Shown here one piece after another: positions 46,820 through 61,500 of a stretch of DNA of 64,000 nt. The notes under the pieces are model-generated. The model was not told the origin of the DNA, searched no databases, and saw only the letters and a list, made by a program, of their open reading frames with translations. Numbering within the stretch: the stretch's first letter is position 1; every line of letters begins with the position of its first letter. The position numbers were made by a program, and so were the translations under genes. The stretch is from the IMG/VR virus record IMGVR_UViG_3300035184_001342, one strand, 5' to 3'. This stretch comes from an uncultured virus (IMG/VR IMGVR_UViG_3300035184_001342) (lineage: Duplodnaviria > Heunggongvirae > Uroviricota > Caudoviricetes).

Positions 46820-48859
46820 TTATGTCCTGCCCGTATAGATAATATAGTTTAACGTCAATGTTGGGTTCATAATATTCAACTCTTGTCCTAAGACAGTGTC
46901 AACGTCAGGCGTTAAAATACCACCACTGTTAGAAAGAGCTTGGCCATTACCAGAAGCATTAGGTGCATCATAAACAATAGCATCATCATCTGATGGAGTT
47001 CCGCTAATATCTCTAATACCGTAGAACTGGTCTCCGGAATCGCCGCGCATATCGTGTTCGTGTTCTGGTAAGTTTTCAAGTGCAATTGCTTCTAATTCTG
47101 AACCACCAACTTGTCCGATACCATCTGCATAATCTGCTGTTACAGTATCAGCACTGACACCTCCCATATTGTCAGCACCTAGAGGCATTCTTCCTCTTAA
47201 ATCTGGTACTCTAAAATTACCTGCTGCAATACTAGTTCTAGCACCAAAGCTATAACCAATTGTTTCAAATAATACGCCGTAGTCAGCAATTCTTACTATT
47301 TGGCCGTCGCATAATAACCAATCTTGCGGAATAACTGTTCCTGCATATGGCATTACCACTCCTGGAGGGTTAGTTGGAACTGCTCTTAACAAATTTCTTC
47401 TTGAAATTTTATATAGTCCCGTATCACCTGTTGTTCTGTTGATTAGTAATTCATCATCAATTTGTGAATCAACTGTTTGATCTTTACCTGAAACAATTTC
47501 ATTTGAAATTGTAGTATTAAATATTTTTAAGGTGCCGTCTGTTTGTCCATCAAAAACTACATCAACACTAGTTGCAACGTCACCTGCAATTCTAAATGCT
47601 GTTGCAGAAGTTAGTTTGTTTGCTGATCCAGCAATACCTGATACTGTACCATTTACGTTACCTGTTACGTTACCAACAAAAGTTGTTGCATACATATTAC
47701 GCCATTTAGATGCTGGTGCACCTAAGTCTCTAGTGTTGTTACCATCTGGAATAGTATTAGCAAGTGTAGTAACTCCTAGCACCTGTGCTGTTCCGCCAAC
47801 ATTTAAATTTTTAGCAACACCTACGCCGCCTTTGGCAATAATACTACCTGTGTTAGTTGTATCACTTTGTGTAGTGCCATTAACAAACATACTTGAATCT
47901 GTTTTAATATTTCCAACTACGTCTAATGACTCATCAGGAGCAAAGTTGTTAATACCAACTCGCTGTGCAGAATCAACTCTTAGTACTGTTCTAGTAGTAC
48001 CGTTATTTTTAATTTGAAAATCAATATTTGAACCTTCAATTTGGTGTCTAATTACACCTGCTTGACCGTCAACACCAATATTTAACGCTGCATCTGTACC
48101 AATAATAAGTCCTGTATTGTTTTGTACATTTATTGGAAATAGTGTTGTACTACTTACATCGCCACGTAAAAAGTTTCCTGCTGCAACTGGAGTATTGTTT
48201 ACAATTAAGTTTTCAGCTTTTTCTGTAATACCATAAAACTTAGGTACTGAACCTGTTCCTAAGAAATCTGTAGTTGATAAGTTTACTCCTGGATTAATAA
48301 CTGTGTATCCAGGAATAACAACTTTAGGTGTAAAGCTGTCTTTACTAATAATAGCTACTGGTCTTGCACCAACTTCAACTTGTAATACAGTATATGAAAT
48401 GTTGTCAACACCTACAACTGTCAATGGTGTTGCTCCAGTAGAAAGACCGTCACTAAAGCTAGGTCCTACTAGTACCCAACCTGAACCTGAATTAAGGTAA
48501 AGTTGTTGATTGTCTGTGTCTACCCATAAATCGCCTGTTGTACCTGCTCTGCCTGCATCTGGTGCACCTGGCGTTTTGTTTAATCCGCCTGCTGGTAGCC
48601 AATACGTTCCGTCATATACTTTAAGTTGCGGTCTTGGTTGAGTTGTATCATACCAAAGTTGGCCTTCAACTGCTCTTGCCGGCTCTGTATTACTAGAAAA
48701 GTTTTCCAATAAGTGTAAAAAGTTTTCTGCAACGGCTGTACCGTATGAAGTAGTATTTTTACCTGGAAATTTTAAACTAGTTGTTTGGTCAATAGTATTA
48801 TCAATTACAGTGATTGTACCGTTATTTGCTTCGTCTGTATATGGAATTGTATATGGCAT
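46820..48859 (-). CDS. short-tail-fibre-like protein with phage tail collar domain
   Basis: Collar motif PPGVVMPYAG..WLLCDG..FRVPDLRGRMPLG, NLPEHEH (HxH) and the shared N-terminal module. Confidence 0.85.
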   Translation of the reverse strand: MPYTIPYTDEANNGTITVIDNTIDQTTSLKFPGKNTTSYGTAVAENFLHLLENFSSNTEPARAVEGQLWYDTTQPRPQLKVYDGTYWLPAGGLNKTPGAPDAGRAGTTGDLWVDTDNQQLYLNSGSGWVLVGPSFSDGLSTGATPLTVVGVDNISYTVLQVEVGARPVAIISKDSFTPKVVIPGYTVINPGVNLSTTDFLGTGSVPKFYGITEKAENLIVNNTPVAAGNFLRGDVSSTTLFPINVQNNTGLIIGTDAALNIGVDGQAGVIRHQIEGSNIDFQIKNNGTTRTVLRVDSAQRVGINNFAPDESLDVVGNIKTDSSMFVNGTTQSDTTNTGSIIAKGGVGVAKNLNVGGTAQVLGVTTLANTIPDGNNTRDLGAPASKWRNMYATTFVGNVTGNVNGTVSGIAGSANKLTSATAFRIAGDVATSVDVVFDGQTDGTLKIFNTTISNEIVSGKDQTVDSQIDDELLINRTTGDTGLYKISRRNLLRAVPTNPPGVVMPYAGTVIPQDWLLCDGQIVRIADYGVLFETIGYSFGARTSIAAGNFRVPDLRGRMPLGADNMGGVSADTVTADYADGIGQVGGSELEAIALENLPEHEHDMRGDSGDQFYGIRDISGTPSDDDAIVYDAPNASGNGQALSNSGGILTPDVDTVLGQELNIMNPTLTLNYIIYTGRT

Positions 48860-48864
48860 CTCTA

Positions 48865-49479
48865 TTACACCTCGTTAAAGCCTGAAAGTGATTGTACTCT
48901 AACAGTATAATCAACTTGGATTAATCTATTCAAACTTTTCTGTACAGGATGGAAAATAACGTGTGTTAATAATCTGCCTGTACCTGATGCTGAATACGCT
49001 CGCAAACCAAGTTCATCAAAAATATAAGAACTTGTTTCATCTGTAGCATTATCAAACGCATCTTGTCCACTTGGTTCACCATAATCTAGTAAACAGCTAA
49101 CAAGGATGTCTGTATAGTTTGTACCACTAACGTGTCTTGTTTCAATCTTATTACGAATTGGATCTAAGTTATTAACACTTTGATCATCAATTACTTTAGT
49201 GTATGTTTGGTTGTACAAACTTGCATTTGTACCTGTTGAGTTTGGAGTTAAGTATGTAATAATACCTGTAGGGTCAACGCTTGTGCCGCCATTACCAAAG
49301 CTCATTTCATAAATCCAACCAGTGCCACTGTTACCAATTGACTCTGCCAAGGAGATACTCATATTCTCATAATGGATTGCATTACGCTTATCTACAATAA
49401 TATCACCACTTTCAGGATCACTAATTTTAATGTGCCCTTGTAATAATACTCCGTTTAAATCTTTTAAATTATCTGCCAT
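48865..49479 (-). CDS. putative baseplate/tail structural protein
   Basis: 204 aa ORF with an AGGA RBS, lying between structural genes. Confidence 0.6.
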   Translation of the reverse strand: MADNLKDLNGVLLQGHIKISDPESGDIIVDKRNAIHYENMSISLAESIGNSGTGWIYEMSFGNGGTSVDPTGIITYLTPNSTGTNASLYNQTYTKVIDDQSVNNLDPIRNKIETRHVSGTNYTDILVSCLLDYGEPSGQDAFDNATDETSSYIFDELGLRAYSASGTGRLLTHVIFHPVQKSLNRLIQVDYTVRVQSLSGFNEV

Positions 49480-49498
49480 ATTTGTTTCCTACTAATAG

Positions 49499-49506
49499 TA
49501 TTTATC
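49499..49506 (-). promoter_or_regulatory. putative late-type promoter GATAAATA
   Basis: Overlaps the TAA stop of the giant ORF, upstream of the gene starting at 49479. Confidence 0.6.
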
Positions 49507-52500
49507 GTGGTAGCTCAGTTGTACGGTCACGCAAGAATTTAGCAACGTTAGAATCGCTACTTGCAATGGTTTCTCCTACATCTGACCAAGTTTTTCCGGT
49601 TGTTCTAAAGATATTCACAGTAGATCCTTGTGCTGGTGGTACTGTTAGTCTTACATATGCACCTACAGCTTTATTTACCGCAAATTCTGCTTCTAAATTA
49701 ATATCACCTTCTGGCGAATCTTGCTCAGTGTAGTTATACAATTTAGTTGGTTTTTTACGTAATCTGTTGCCTGCAACAAATACTTCAATATCTTGTGCTT
49801 CCCAGTACTCTTCAGGAATAGTATTTTTATACCATCCTACTGCACTTGTTGGGTTTGGTATTGGAGCAAATGGTAATAATACTTGCACATATTTAATACC
49901 TCCATTAAGTACAAAACTAGTTTGAGGTGTATCAATTGGAGTACTTGTAAATGGATTTACTACAATTAAGTCATATGCTCCAACTGATAACGCCGGAGTA
50001 ACAAATGTTAGTTCAGTTGATGATATAAATGTAGTTACTACTAGTGTTTCTCCAACATATATTTCAGCACGATTAGTAAATCCTGTTCCTATAACAGTAC
50101 ACACTTGACCGCCTAACGGAAATGCTGTGTTATTATTAAAATCATATGCTACACTAGTAACACTCATTCCGCTACTATTTTCATATGTTTCACTGCCTGT
50201 ACTATAACCGCCAGCTGTAACAGTTACAACTTGCTTGTCATCTTTGTAAGGTAGTGTTGCGCCTGCACCTTGTTCCATAAACATTGCGCCTGCTTCATAA
50301 AGTTGCTTAATACCTGTTCCTAATGTTCCTCTACGTAACTGTAGTAAAGTATTACCAGCTTTTCTAAAGTACTCAATGCGTTCACCTTCAATAAAGATAA
50401 TGCCTGGATACTTAGAGTCTGTTTCTGGATTTGGAAGATCTGTTGCATCAACTACTTCAATTACATCATCATACCAGTTTAATGGTTGTGCTAAATGTTG
50501 TAATTCTTGCAAACGCTTGTAATGAGTTCTATTTAACATATCTTTAAACTGGCGCCATCCAAATTTATTAACAACAATTTCTTCTGCAAAATGAATTACT
50601 TGTAACTTGTCGCCTTCTTGCGGCTGCTCTGCAAGTTTTACATAGTTTTTGTTTGAAGTAACAATATAATCTACATTAGGCATTAATAATGTGCCGTTTC
50701 TAGTTACCCAAACATACTCAGAATCCCTTGCTGGCTTACGTAATGTAATAATGCCTTTTCTTAGCAATCCAAAACTATAATATAAAGGAGTACCTGGAGT
50801 TGTTTCAGTCTTTTCAGTAACTTCAAACGACTGACGTTCAATGCCCTGACTCTTATCGTTACTAAATTGCATAATTTCAATTTTTGTATCTTCTGGATAT
50901 ACTGAATCAAAGTATACTGTATCTGGTGTTTTAATAAAGTCGTTGCTAGAATCTAAATAGCCCATTCTATAATCGCTGCCTGTAACAACAACTATTTTTA
51001 ACTCATCTCCTTCTTCGCCAATACCTTGTGTTAGTGTTAGCGTAGAACCTGGTTGTGACTGTGCAGTTAGTGATGAATCAAAAGAGCCTGCGCCTTCAAA
51101 TGTCCAAGTTTGTAAATATTCTAATTCAACATCATTTAGGTATACTAATAAATCATAACTGTTAATGCTTGCTACTGGAATTTGTGTTAAATCTAATTGA
51201 TATTCTTTTAAATTTTTCTTAACTTTAAATGTTTGGCTATATCCGCCTTCAAGTATTTGGTTGTTAACTTTAACCAGTACAAACTGCTGTTCTGGCTTAT
51301 CTTCAAATGGTGCTTGAGATAGTTGATAACTAGTTGAAGATCCGTCTGCAATTATTTCGTCAATAGTAACTGTACTATATTGTTGCGGAATTTCAATGCC
51401 GCCTGTAGCAATTAGCATTTGTATTACAGCACCATTAATTGGCGGTGTTGCAAACCTAATTACAAAGTTACCTGAAGTGTCATATGTATCATCAGATTCA
51501 ATAAGACTAACATCAGTAGTTACGCCATTAACAGTTACATAAGATACTGCATTAGCTTCAAACTGTGCGTTTGTTAAAAAGTCAATTGCTGTGCCGTTGC
51601 CTGTAAATGAATCAATGTCAAGAATTGTTGTTGCACTAAATCCTACATTTATAATACTAACACGTTCGTTGTTTCCTGGAGGCGTATTAAATATTAGTTG
51701 ATTTGTATTAAAATTAAGAACAAAATCTGTCTTGTTTATAATATTATAATTTACTTTAATAAACAAGTTTTCAGTTTGTGTAATAACTGATCCAATATCA
51801 AATATAGTTTGTACACCGTTACCAATATAGTTCCTTGAAGTAATTTGACTTGCTCCGCCTTTTGGTTTTTCGTATACTTGTAAATCTAGTGTATCTAGAA
51901 CTTGTCCTGGTACAATTTCTTCTGGACCTTTACTTGTTGTTTGAGTTACAAATCCATCACCATCAATATTAATACTTGCGGCATCTAAACCTGTTGCAGT
52001 TGAGTATACTAAGTCACCACCGCTAATTGCTGTATCATAACTCTCTGGATCAGCAATAAAGCTACCATCTGATGTTGTTTTTCTAATTATGATAACATCA
52101 CCTGGTGCTGTAGGAATTAATTGTTCATCAAACACAATAATTGTAGATTCTACAGGAGCATCATCGTCATATAATGCAATACCTGTTTGGCCTGCGCCTG
52201 TAATTGTCAACATAAGGGCATTTGGATTTGTAGGGGACGGTACTGACGGATCCCAATCAGCTGCATCAATTCTTATGCCGTTTTTATATACGTTATAAGT
52301 TGTGTCATTTTCTAATGGTGTAGCAAACGTTATAATACGTGTGCTATCATCACTTAGTTGGAAAATTTCGTCTTCAAAGTCTGCATCAAAAATATCCCAT
52401 CCTTGAGCCATCCACGGAGAACTATTCCAACCTGTAGTGCCGCCGAAGTCAAACGATGTTACTTCAACTCCGCCATAGTCAACACCACTCATTAACTGTC

Positions 52501-55500
52501 CCAATGTGTTACCAAAGTTATCTCCAGTAGGAGCATATGCTAAATTAATACGGTCTTGTGCTTTTAATAAATTAATTGACTTAAAGTAGTCTACTCTAAT
52601 TTCAGCATTAGCTGCCGGTGGATCTATAAATTTAATTTGTCCAAAGTACCTATTATATCCTTTAGATGTATCGAGTATGTTTGAATATGTATATCTTCTT
52701 GATAATACTTCTTCGTTGTTTTCAAATACTGCTACTCTTGAAGTTTTTACATCCATTGGCCATTTTAAATTAAAGTTAAAAGTTTTACCGCCGGAAGCAA
52801 ATGTTTCTGTAGTATTCAGTGTTACAAATTCGTATACTCCTGATACTCTATCAAACTTTATAACTGTTTGCAAACTTCTAACAGCACTATCGCCTATGAT
52901 AGCAAATGCTTTGCCTTCTCTACCGTCTGTTCCAAGTGAACCGTTAATTGTTACTGTAGGAGCTTTAAGATAACCCGATCCTTGAGTAACTACTGTAATT
53001 TTATTAATTTTTCCGCCTTGACCTAATGTTGCAATTGCTGTTGCTACGGTACCATTGTTATTTTCAATAGTAATTTCTGGAGCCATTGTATATCCAGCGC
53101 CTGCATCTGCTAATTCAACTGATAATACTTTGTATCCTAAATTATCTGCCCAACTCTTGTTTGGAAATGTTGCAAGTTCTTCAGGATTGTTTGCTTGAAT
53201 AATACCGTCAGTAATTTTAACAACTTGCGGCACTATACTATCTTGTGCAGCTACATATCTTGCTGGCAAATCAAAGTCTGCTGTAATTGTTTGTGAATTA
53301 TCAATTGCTTCATATGAACTTAAATATTCTCTAATCTTAGTTTTATAAGGCTTAACTTCTTTAATGTATGCTTCATAACTAGGAAGGTTATCGTTTTGAA
53401 AGTTAACTTTTTGTTCTAGTTCGCCTACATTGTGTTTTGCTTTTAAGAAACTAGATTTAAATGCCCAGTCAACATAACTTTGTTCTGCAAACACATAACG
53501 TAAACTTGCAAAGAATAATTTATTATATTCAAGTGCTAGATCGTTAACAAATATATTATTCTTTATTGTGTTAAGAATAATTCTAGTTTCAGTTGCAGGT
53601 AAACTATCAAATGTTAGCACATCGTAACTTGTAGTATCAAATCCTACAAGTGCTGCAGAAACATCATAAAGAGTATTTTTAAATTCAATAGTTCCGTTTT
53701 GTCTACCAATTGTTGTATAGTTAATAGAATAATCAACTACGTCTTGTGAATCAATTTTTCTAAGTAATAACCAACCGCCGGAGCCAACATTTTGAATCTT
53801 AATAATATCGCCAATTTTATCATTTATAGTTGTTAGGTTGTACGAGAAGTCAATAATAAAATCAATATTAGTAAATGAACTAAATCCAGCAGCATACCAG
53901 TCTAAGTAGCACCAGTATTTGTTTACATCATATGACTGACTTTCAACTAGTATCCATTCTTTTGATATAGTATCTCTTTCGTATAATGCCCATTTGCCTT
54001 GAAGTGACTGATCACTCTCAACTAGAACTGTGTATCTTCGAATAGTTAATAATGTTGATTCAGGATAGTTAGTTCCACTGCTATTAATTTTTATTTCAGT
54101 AACTCGTCCTTGACCGTCAATTACTGATTCTAACTCAGCACCTGCGCCGCCAATACCTAAAATTTTAATTGTAGGCGCTTGTACATAGCCTCTACCAGGA
54201 TTAGTAATATTAATTCTTACAATTTGACCATCTTCAATTACCGGAGTAACTTTTGCTTGTTCGGCTTTAGCAACACCTACAAATTGTAATTCTGTAAATG
54301 TATCAACGCTTCTATCCCAGCGTTTGCTTTGTTTACTTGGAAACGGTTGTGCATCAGTTAATGATGTAATGTCTTTGTCGTCTGCAACTAAGTTCTCTGC
54401 TAATACACTATTAACACGAGTAATTACTTGTTTTAACGCTTCTTCTCTATTAACAAACCAGCCTTGTCTAGGTCTGTTTAAAATACCGTACTTTTCTTTA
54501 TCACTTAACTCTGGAGCAGGTACTTGTCTGTCTTGTTCGTCATACCCTACTAGACTATCAAACCACTTACGTTGTATGTCTCTATTAGGAACACTAGATT
54601 CTAGTCCTTCAGTTACAATTTGATACTGATTATGAATATTAATATTTTGATTTTCAATGGTCCAATACTGTATACTTAATACAATATCTTGATCTCTAAG
54701 AAGATTTTCACAATTATGTACAGCAAACTGATCATTGCCAATTAAACTAATAAATCTATATTGTTGATTAGATGGATCTTTTATTAAACTAGCTACATCT
54801 TTACTAGATAATGCTCTTCCTTCTACACCAGGAATTGTTGATTTGTCTTTAACCCAGTAATAATAGTAATTTGTAAATACTCCAATTGCTTTATTATATT
54901 GACGTTTAACAACATAAGCATTATCACTAGATTTTGTAGTTCCGGTAATACCTTGTGAGATTCCTTCAGCTGTTCCACTTAATGAATCCCATTCACTTGG
55001 CAACAATTTACTTCTTACCCATTCATAAACATCGATTGAATTGCTATTAGAAAATAAGCTATTCCAATTAGTAGCACTAAAGATAACATCAAGTTGATAA
55101 GGATTTTTAAATTTAGCATTTGATAAATCCCACCATAGCTGACCTTCTTGTGTACCTGACCAACTATTAGTTGGGTCAGTGTTAGGTAGTGTACCAGTTG
55201 TATAAGTTGCTGGATCGTAGTAAGTTTTATATGTTAGTTCTTGTTCTGCAGGGCCAGCAATTTTTCCTTGTAACGGATCAATGTAATCAATATATTCAAT
55301 AATCTTATTAGTGCTTTTATCATATAACATTGCACGTTTAATTTTACTTACGTCAACAGTATTTTTAGCAGCACGTAGTATTGACCAAACATTAGTATTA
55401 TCTTGAATTCTATAATCAACTACTACACCTTCTCTGTCAGAAGTGTTGTATTCTGGAAGCCCAACATATACGTGGTTGTTTTTAAGCAACACATTAGTAC

Positions 55501-58500
55501 CAAAGTAGATAACATTGTCTCTATCAAATTCTAATGTTTCAGCATAGATAAGATTATCTTCTAATCTTTCATAAACTCTAACATTACCAGTATCTGCCGC
55601 AAATGCTTTGAACGTAGTTAATTTATTATCAAATGTTGTTACTGGTGCAGTATTACCTACTCCGCTACCGTCAAATGTAGTTGTTATAGAACTATCACTA
55701 TTTCTAGATCCAATAATTAATTTTGAACCATCAAAGTCTACAGTCCAACCAAACAACTCTGTTTTTTCTTTTGACGGACTAAACAATGTTTGTGATAAAG
55801 CAAATGCTCCAGCTTGTTTTTTGTAAACATAAACTTTACCTTGATCAAGACTTTCAGTATCATCATAAGGTGCTCCAACAGCAATCAATCCGCCATCGTT
55901 ACTAATTGCAATATTTGTACCAAAGTTTGTGTCTTTATTTGGTGCTTCTATTGATTGTGCTTTATAGAATGACCCGTTAATGTTTCTATAAACTTCAATA
56001 GTATTTGGTTTTTCTAAAGAATATTCTGTAGTAACAACAATAACTTCGCCTGTGCCGTCAACGTCAAATGCTTTTGCAAACTTTGTTAATTGAACTGCAT
56101 CTATTATTTCATTCTCTCCTACGATATTACCAGTTTTATTTGGAAGATATCCTAAGTAATCTACTATCTCGTTATCAGCAAGTACTGTCCAGTCTGAATT
56201 ATCAAACGCTCCGGGGCCTGTGGTAGTAGCAGCTCTGTATAGTTCTCCGTTATTATAAACTAATTCATCTGTAAAGTATACTGTTGATGTATCATAAACA
56301 CCTGTATATGATTTATTTCTAGAAGAATCCCAGCCAAAGTTTACACCGTCAAAATTACCATTTTTATATATGTAAATTCTTCCTGGATTTGTAAGTGTAT
56401 TGTCTCCTTTAGATTCTACAAACAGTTTATTAGTACTACCATTTTGTGTAACCTTAATCTTAGTTCCAAGATATTGATTTTCTTTTCTATCAGGAACAAT
56501 AAATGAATTTATTTTACCAAAAGATCCAATGCCCCGTCTTTCATATATCGAGTACATACCTTCATTAGCAGTTGCAGCATTTCCTGCGGCTACTGGAGTT
56601 GTTCCGCCTGTTGATGCAGGAACATTGTAAATAATATCCCAATCATTATTAGTTATAGTTGGTATGTTTGGTAATCTTGCAATACCGTCTACTGTTTCTT
56701 CTCTAAAGAACCAATATTCGCCATTACTAATTGTATCTTCTCTAGTAGCAACATCGTCATCAATATCTTGAATTTGGATATCTGGTCCATTGTTAATTAC
56801 AACAAACTTTCCAATACCGTCTGCTACTGATGGAAAACTTCTTTGCTCAATTTGTCCAAATATTCTAAAACCTGCTCCGGGATCGTACAACGGATCTCCG
56901 CTACCGTCTGCTAAAAATTCTATTTCTCTATTTTCATTAAACAGATTGCCTACTGCCCACGTACCTGTAACGTTTTTAACATATATTCTAGCATTAACTG
57001 TATCGTATCTTTGATAGAATACAACTTCAGCAGTTCCTAAATTTGTTACATCTCTAACAGTTAATCCAACTTTTGGATCAACAGGATTACCGCCTAAGTT
57101 TTTAGTAATTCTAAAATCAATCCAACCGTCCCAAACATCATAAACTGTATGCTTTTTATTAACATCGTTAACATCAAGGCCAATAGTTGCAACATCTCTG
57201 TTGCCAAGTTCGCCTGTTAAGAACGAAGGCATTGGATTATAGAATATATCCAATGCAGGATTTCCTGGGTCACCTTGAGAAACTAGTTCAGTCTCTAACT
57301 GATCTGTTAGTGCTAATGGCGCTTTGAAAACATATAGACCTGATTCAAATGATCCGACAACTTCTTCCGGACCCGGAGATCCTTCAAAACTTAATGTTAT
57401 AAGTTGATTATGATCAGTGTCTGCACTGTTTACATTATTTGTTGCATAGTCAAGTTGATTATAATAAAATCTATTCTCATTTGTTTCACCAATTGGTGTT
57501 ACGTCGACATATACTAATCCTCTACCTAAGTCTGAATTAGTAGTATTTGCAACAAGATATGAAGATGTAGTATTAAATCTCCAATATCCACCCCAACTTT
57601 CGTCAGCGTCTACTGCGGTGTCATCAGGTCCAGCTGTTATATATTCGCCTACAAATTCACCAATGCTAGTAGTAATTGATCCTACTGTACCAAAAGTACC
57701 GTTTTGATTTTTAACATAAATTGTAACTTTTGCACCAACATTAAACGTGTATGAAACTTCAGCAAATCCGTTAATTGATTCAATAATTTGCCCTACAAGA
57801 GGAATAGTAGTAGAGTTTTCTACATATAAAATACTGTCAATCTTTTCAACAATAGTATGATCGCCAGTTATGTATGCTTCGTCAATTAACGGATTATCAC
57901 CGCCAAATGGTGCAACACTATTAATTGTTGCTGTGCCTTGATTTGCATAAGTTAGATCATTCCAACGAAGTTTAACAGTATCGCCAATTCCTGACCCGTC
58001 ATACATATCTCTTGGTGCTTTAACAATCCAGTGATCTGTATTAAATGCTGCATCTACTTCTTCACTATTAAATGGATAATCACCAGTTAAAATAGTTGGT
58101 CTTGGATTATCGTCTTGTTCTGTTTGTAAAAGAGCAACCATAATTTGTGCTACAGATTCAAAACTACCAAATTGAATAGCGTTTGTTGCGCCATCAATTT
58201 CTTTATTAGCAGACCATAAATTATCTTTATATCTTACAATGTCACTTGGATTATAATTTGTTGTAGTAACCCATTCACCGTTAAAGTCACTTCTTACATT
58301 AGACGCTTCTGGTGAGCCTACTACTAAGTATCTTCCTGTTTCATCAACATCGATACTATAACCAAACTTTTCGTTATCATCTGCAAGTCCTGAATCCGGT
58401 TCAATAATCTGATTCAGTTGATATGATCCTGCATTGCCAGCTCTTACATAAACAAAAACTTTTCCGTTATTGTTATCAGGTGCACCTACACATAACAATG

Positions 58501-61500
58501 TATTATTATTGTTAGCAGCAAGTGAATATCCATAAGTGTGATCTGTGCCTGCTTGAGAGTTAGCAATTACTTGATGATTTTTATATCCAGGAGTATTTTC
58601 AATAACTTTCCATTGGTTATTGCTGTCTTCGTCAACCCATACTCTAGTAATTCCTTGTTTATAAGTTTGTACTAACTTACTTGCCTCGTCATATGTTCCG
58701 ACTCGTACACTTACAAAGTGTGTCATAATTGTATTAGTAACAGTTTCAGATGCCGACAATTCTAAATCGTCAATTGTAACTATATTATTAAGAATCTTTG
58801 TAACTTTTACAAACTTTCCTATGTTAACGCCATCTTCTGATACATATTCAATACCAATATAGTCATCTACATTTAATGTACTGATATTAGTTGCAAATTT
58901 TAGTGTTCTTGTATCACCGTCAACTGCAACTTCTTCTAGCTCAAGATCTAATCTTAGCAGTGTATATACATTCCAAGATAGCCCAACGTTACCTACCCAA
59001 AACATATCTTTATTTCTAACATCATTATATTCAATATTAGCAATAGATTCGTAATCGTCAATAACAAATTGAACGTCTTCGTTGTTAACGTATCCACTAT
59101 TTTTTGTGTACGTGTCCTTAACATATGTTGTAGGGAACGGTTTATGATTGTAATCGTTAGGGCGAAGATATACTTCAAACGGTTTAATTCTGTATATAAG
59201 ATCTGTTTCACTACCAGTAGTCGAATTTACTAATTCAACACTTTGCGGTTGTAATTTAAATTGGTCTTCATCTAGAATAAATTCAACTTCTTCGAATCCT
59301 TCTGATGCTCCGTACTGTCCTTGCTTAATTGCCCATTCTTCGTAAAACTCTAAACTGTCTTTGTTATCACTACTCAATACATCAAACAATTTAGTAAGTG
59401 CATTATTTGTGCCCTTATCTTGTATCATTCCTTGATAAAATTTGTACTGACTTACATCATCATTAATAATGTTAGCAAGATAGTCTCTGTTTTGGTAGCC
59501 AATTAAATGCTGTGCAAATTTTTGTTGTTCTAAGTCAAAGTTATCTGTGTCTAGGTCATAAAAATCAGCAAACTGATTTGTTTTATATTCCCAGTTTGGT
59601 TTTAAGTCCATTGACGGTTTTTCGCTTAACCTGGTCCAGTTACTATCGATAAAGTTTTCAGTACCTGGAATTTTGTTATTAGCACTGTAGTAGAATTCTT
59701 TATACTTTACAATATCAGAGATTGCATAGTCTTTCCAACTTTTCCATTCAGTTACTGTTGCATTGTCAAAAACAAATCCTGGAATATTTAAACTTCCGTC
59801 CCAGTCTGTTGTTCTATATCCTAATACTTTAATTCTTTCTTGCCTATAACCTGGTTCTAAATCGTAAATAATATCGCCAAATACAGTTTTATTATCAATA
59901 ACTACAATATGCTCTTTTTGTACTAAAGATAATCTTACAGCAAAAATACCATCTTCTGTTGCTTTTGGCTTAACAACAAACTCTTTTGCATTTTCTCTAG
60001 TTAAACTAACAAACTGGGATTGTAACTTTTTGCCATCTGCTTTTAATAAACTGTATCCATAAAATGTGTCGTATATATCATCAACTACTGCGTATTCACT
60101 TTTAAATTTAAGTTGGAATGCACCTGGACTTAGTGTAATAACTGCGCCTGCACCCCAGTTTTGTGTACTCCAGAACATAAACTCTTTTGCACTGGTTTGC
60201 CAATTAGATACAAACTCGTTATCTGCTGAATAGTAATCAAAACAAAAGCCTTCGGACTCTAAGTAATATGCATAACCTAAAAGAAAGTCAACAACTTCTT
60301 GTATTGTTTTATATGTTGTTCCATAAGAAACACGTTCAATATTATTTTTAAATGATTTTCTAAAATACGCTTCACGTCCACCTTCTACAGGAACTTCAGG
60401 AAGTTTAGCAAATTTAGAAATATCAAAATCAGTACTACTTACGTGTTGTTCAGTACAACGATAGTATACATTTTGATGCTCAACTATTGCGCCGTCTACG
60501 TATGTTTTACTAGGGGTCCATTCTACAAAACTAGCACTAATACCACCAATTCTTATTAATGGATCATTTTGTAAAGCAATTGCTGGATATTGATTAAAGT
60601 ATGGAGTTTCTCTATCATACCCATTTACAATAAATCCATTACTTTGCTTTTCAATAATAACTCCACTATAAGTAATATTTTTAATTGGAGCACTTTTATT
60701 TAAACTAATAGTATAATTTTCTTCAGGAACAAATACGTTTCCTTGATTAGTAGGTGTTCTACTATCTAATATTAGTTTAAATTTATCCTTTGTAGTATAA
60801 CCGCCTATTTTAAAACCAATTTGATTGTTAATGGTTACTAATTCTGTTTTATATGTGTCATACGGTGTACTAACATTTGCAGCAAGATAGTCAACAATAT
60901 AGTTAATTAATCCTGAAGTGTAAACTCTAGTTGCTTCTTTAATACTATTAGGAAAGTCAATATTAGACAATGCAATTACAGTGTTATTAACTTTATAATT
61001 AATTTGAGTTGCTGTGCCTCTTATTTGTCTTGCTCTGTCAAAGATTGTAGCAAATGTTCTTGATGGTTGGTTTAATACCAAAGAAGTAATTAATGCAAAA
61101 GGATATTCTGCACTTTTTCTCCACGCTGTTTCTACAGGGCTGTGATCTCCAAATTCATATCTAGCATTTAAATCTGTTGTATTATAACTTTTAATAAAAC
61201 TACTTAAAATTGGACTAATTAAATTTCCGCTTTCATCTACTGGAATATGAGTTGTAATAAACTTTCGTGCATATTTAGGTAACTTAACTCCTGAGGTTCC
61301 TGGAGTTCTAATAATTCCCTCTTGAATGTCTTCCCACATCAACAAGTTATTACTTGTATACGGTGCTTCGCCGTATTCTGTATCCCACCATAAAGGCTTA
61401 ATAGTAAAGCCGAGCATTTCCCAAGGATGTGTATGAGGACGATCAGTATCGTATGCGTACTTGTAAACTGATCTCCAATAGCCATTAACTGGCTGTTCGT

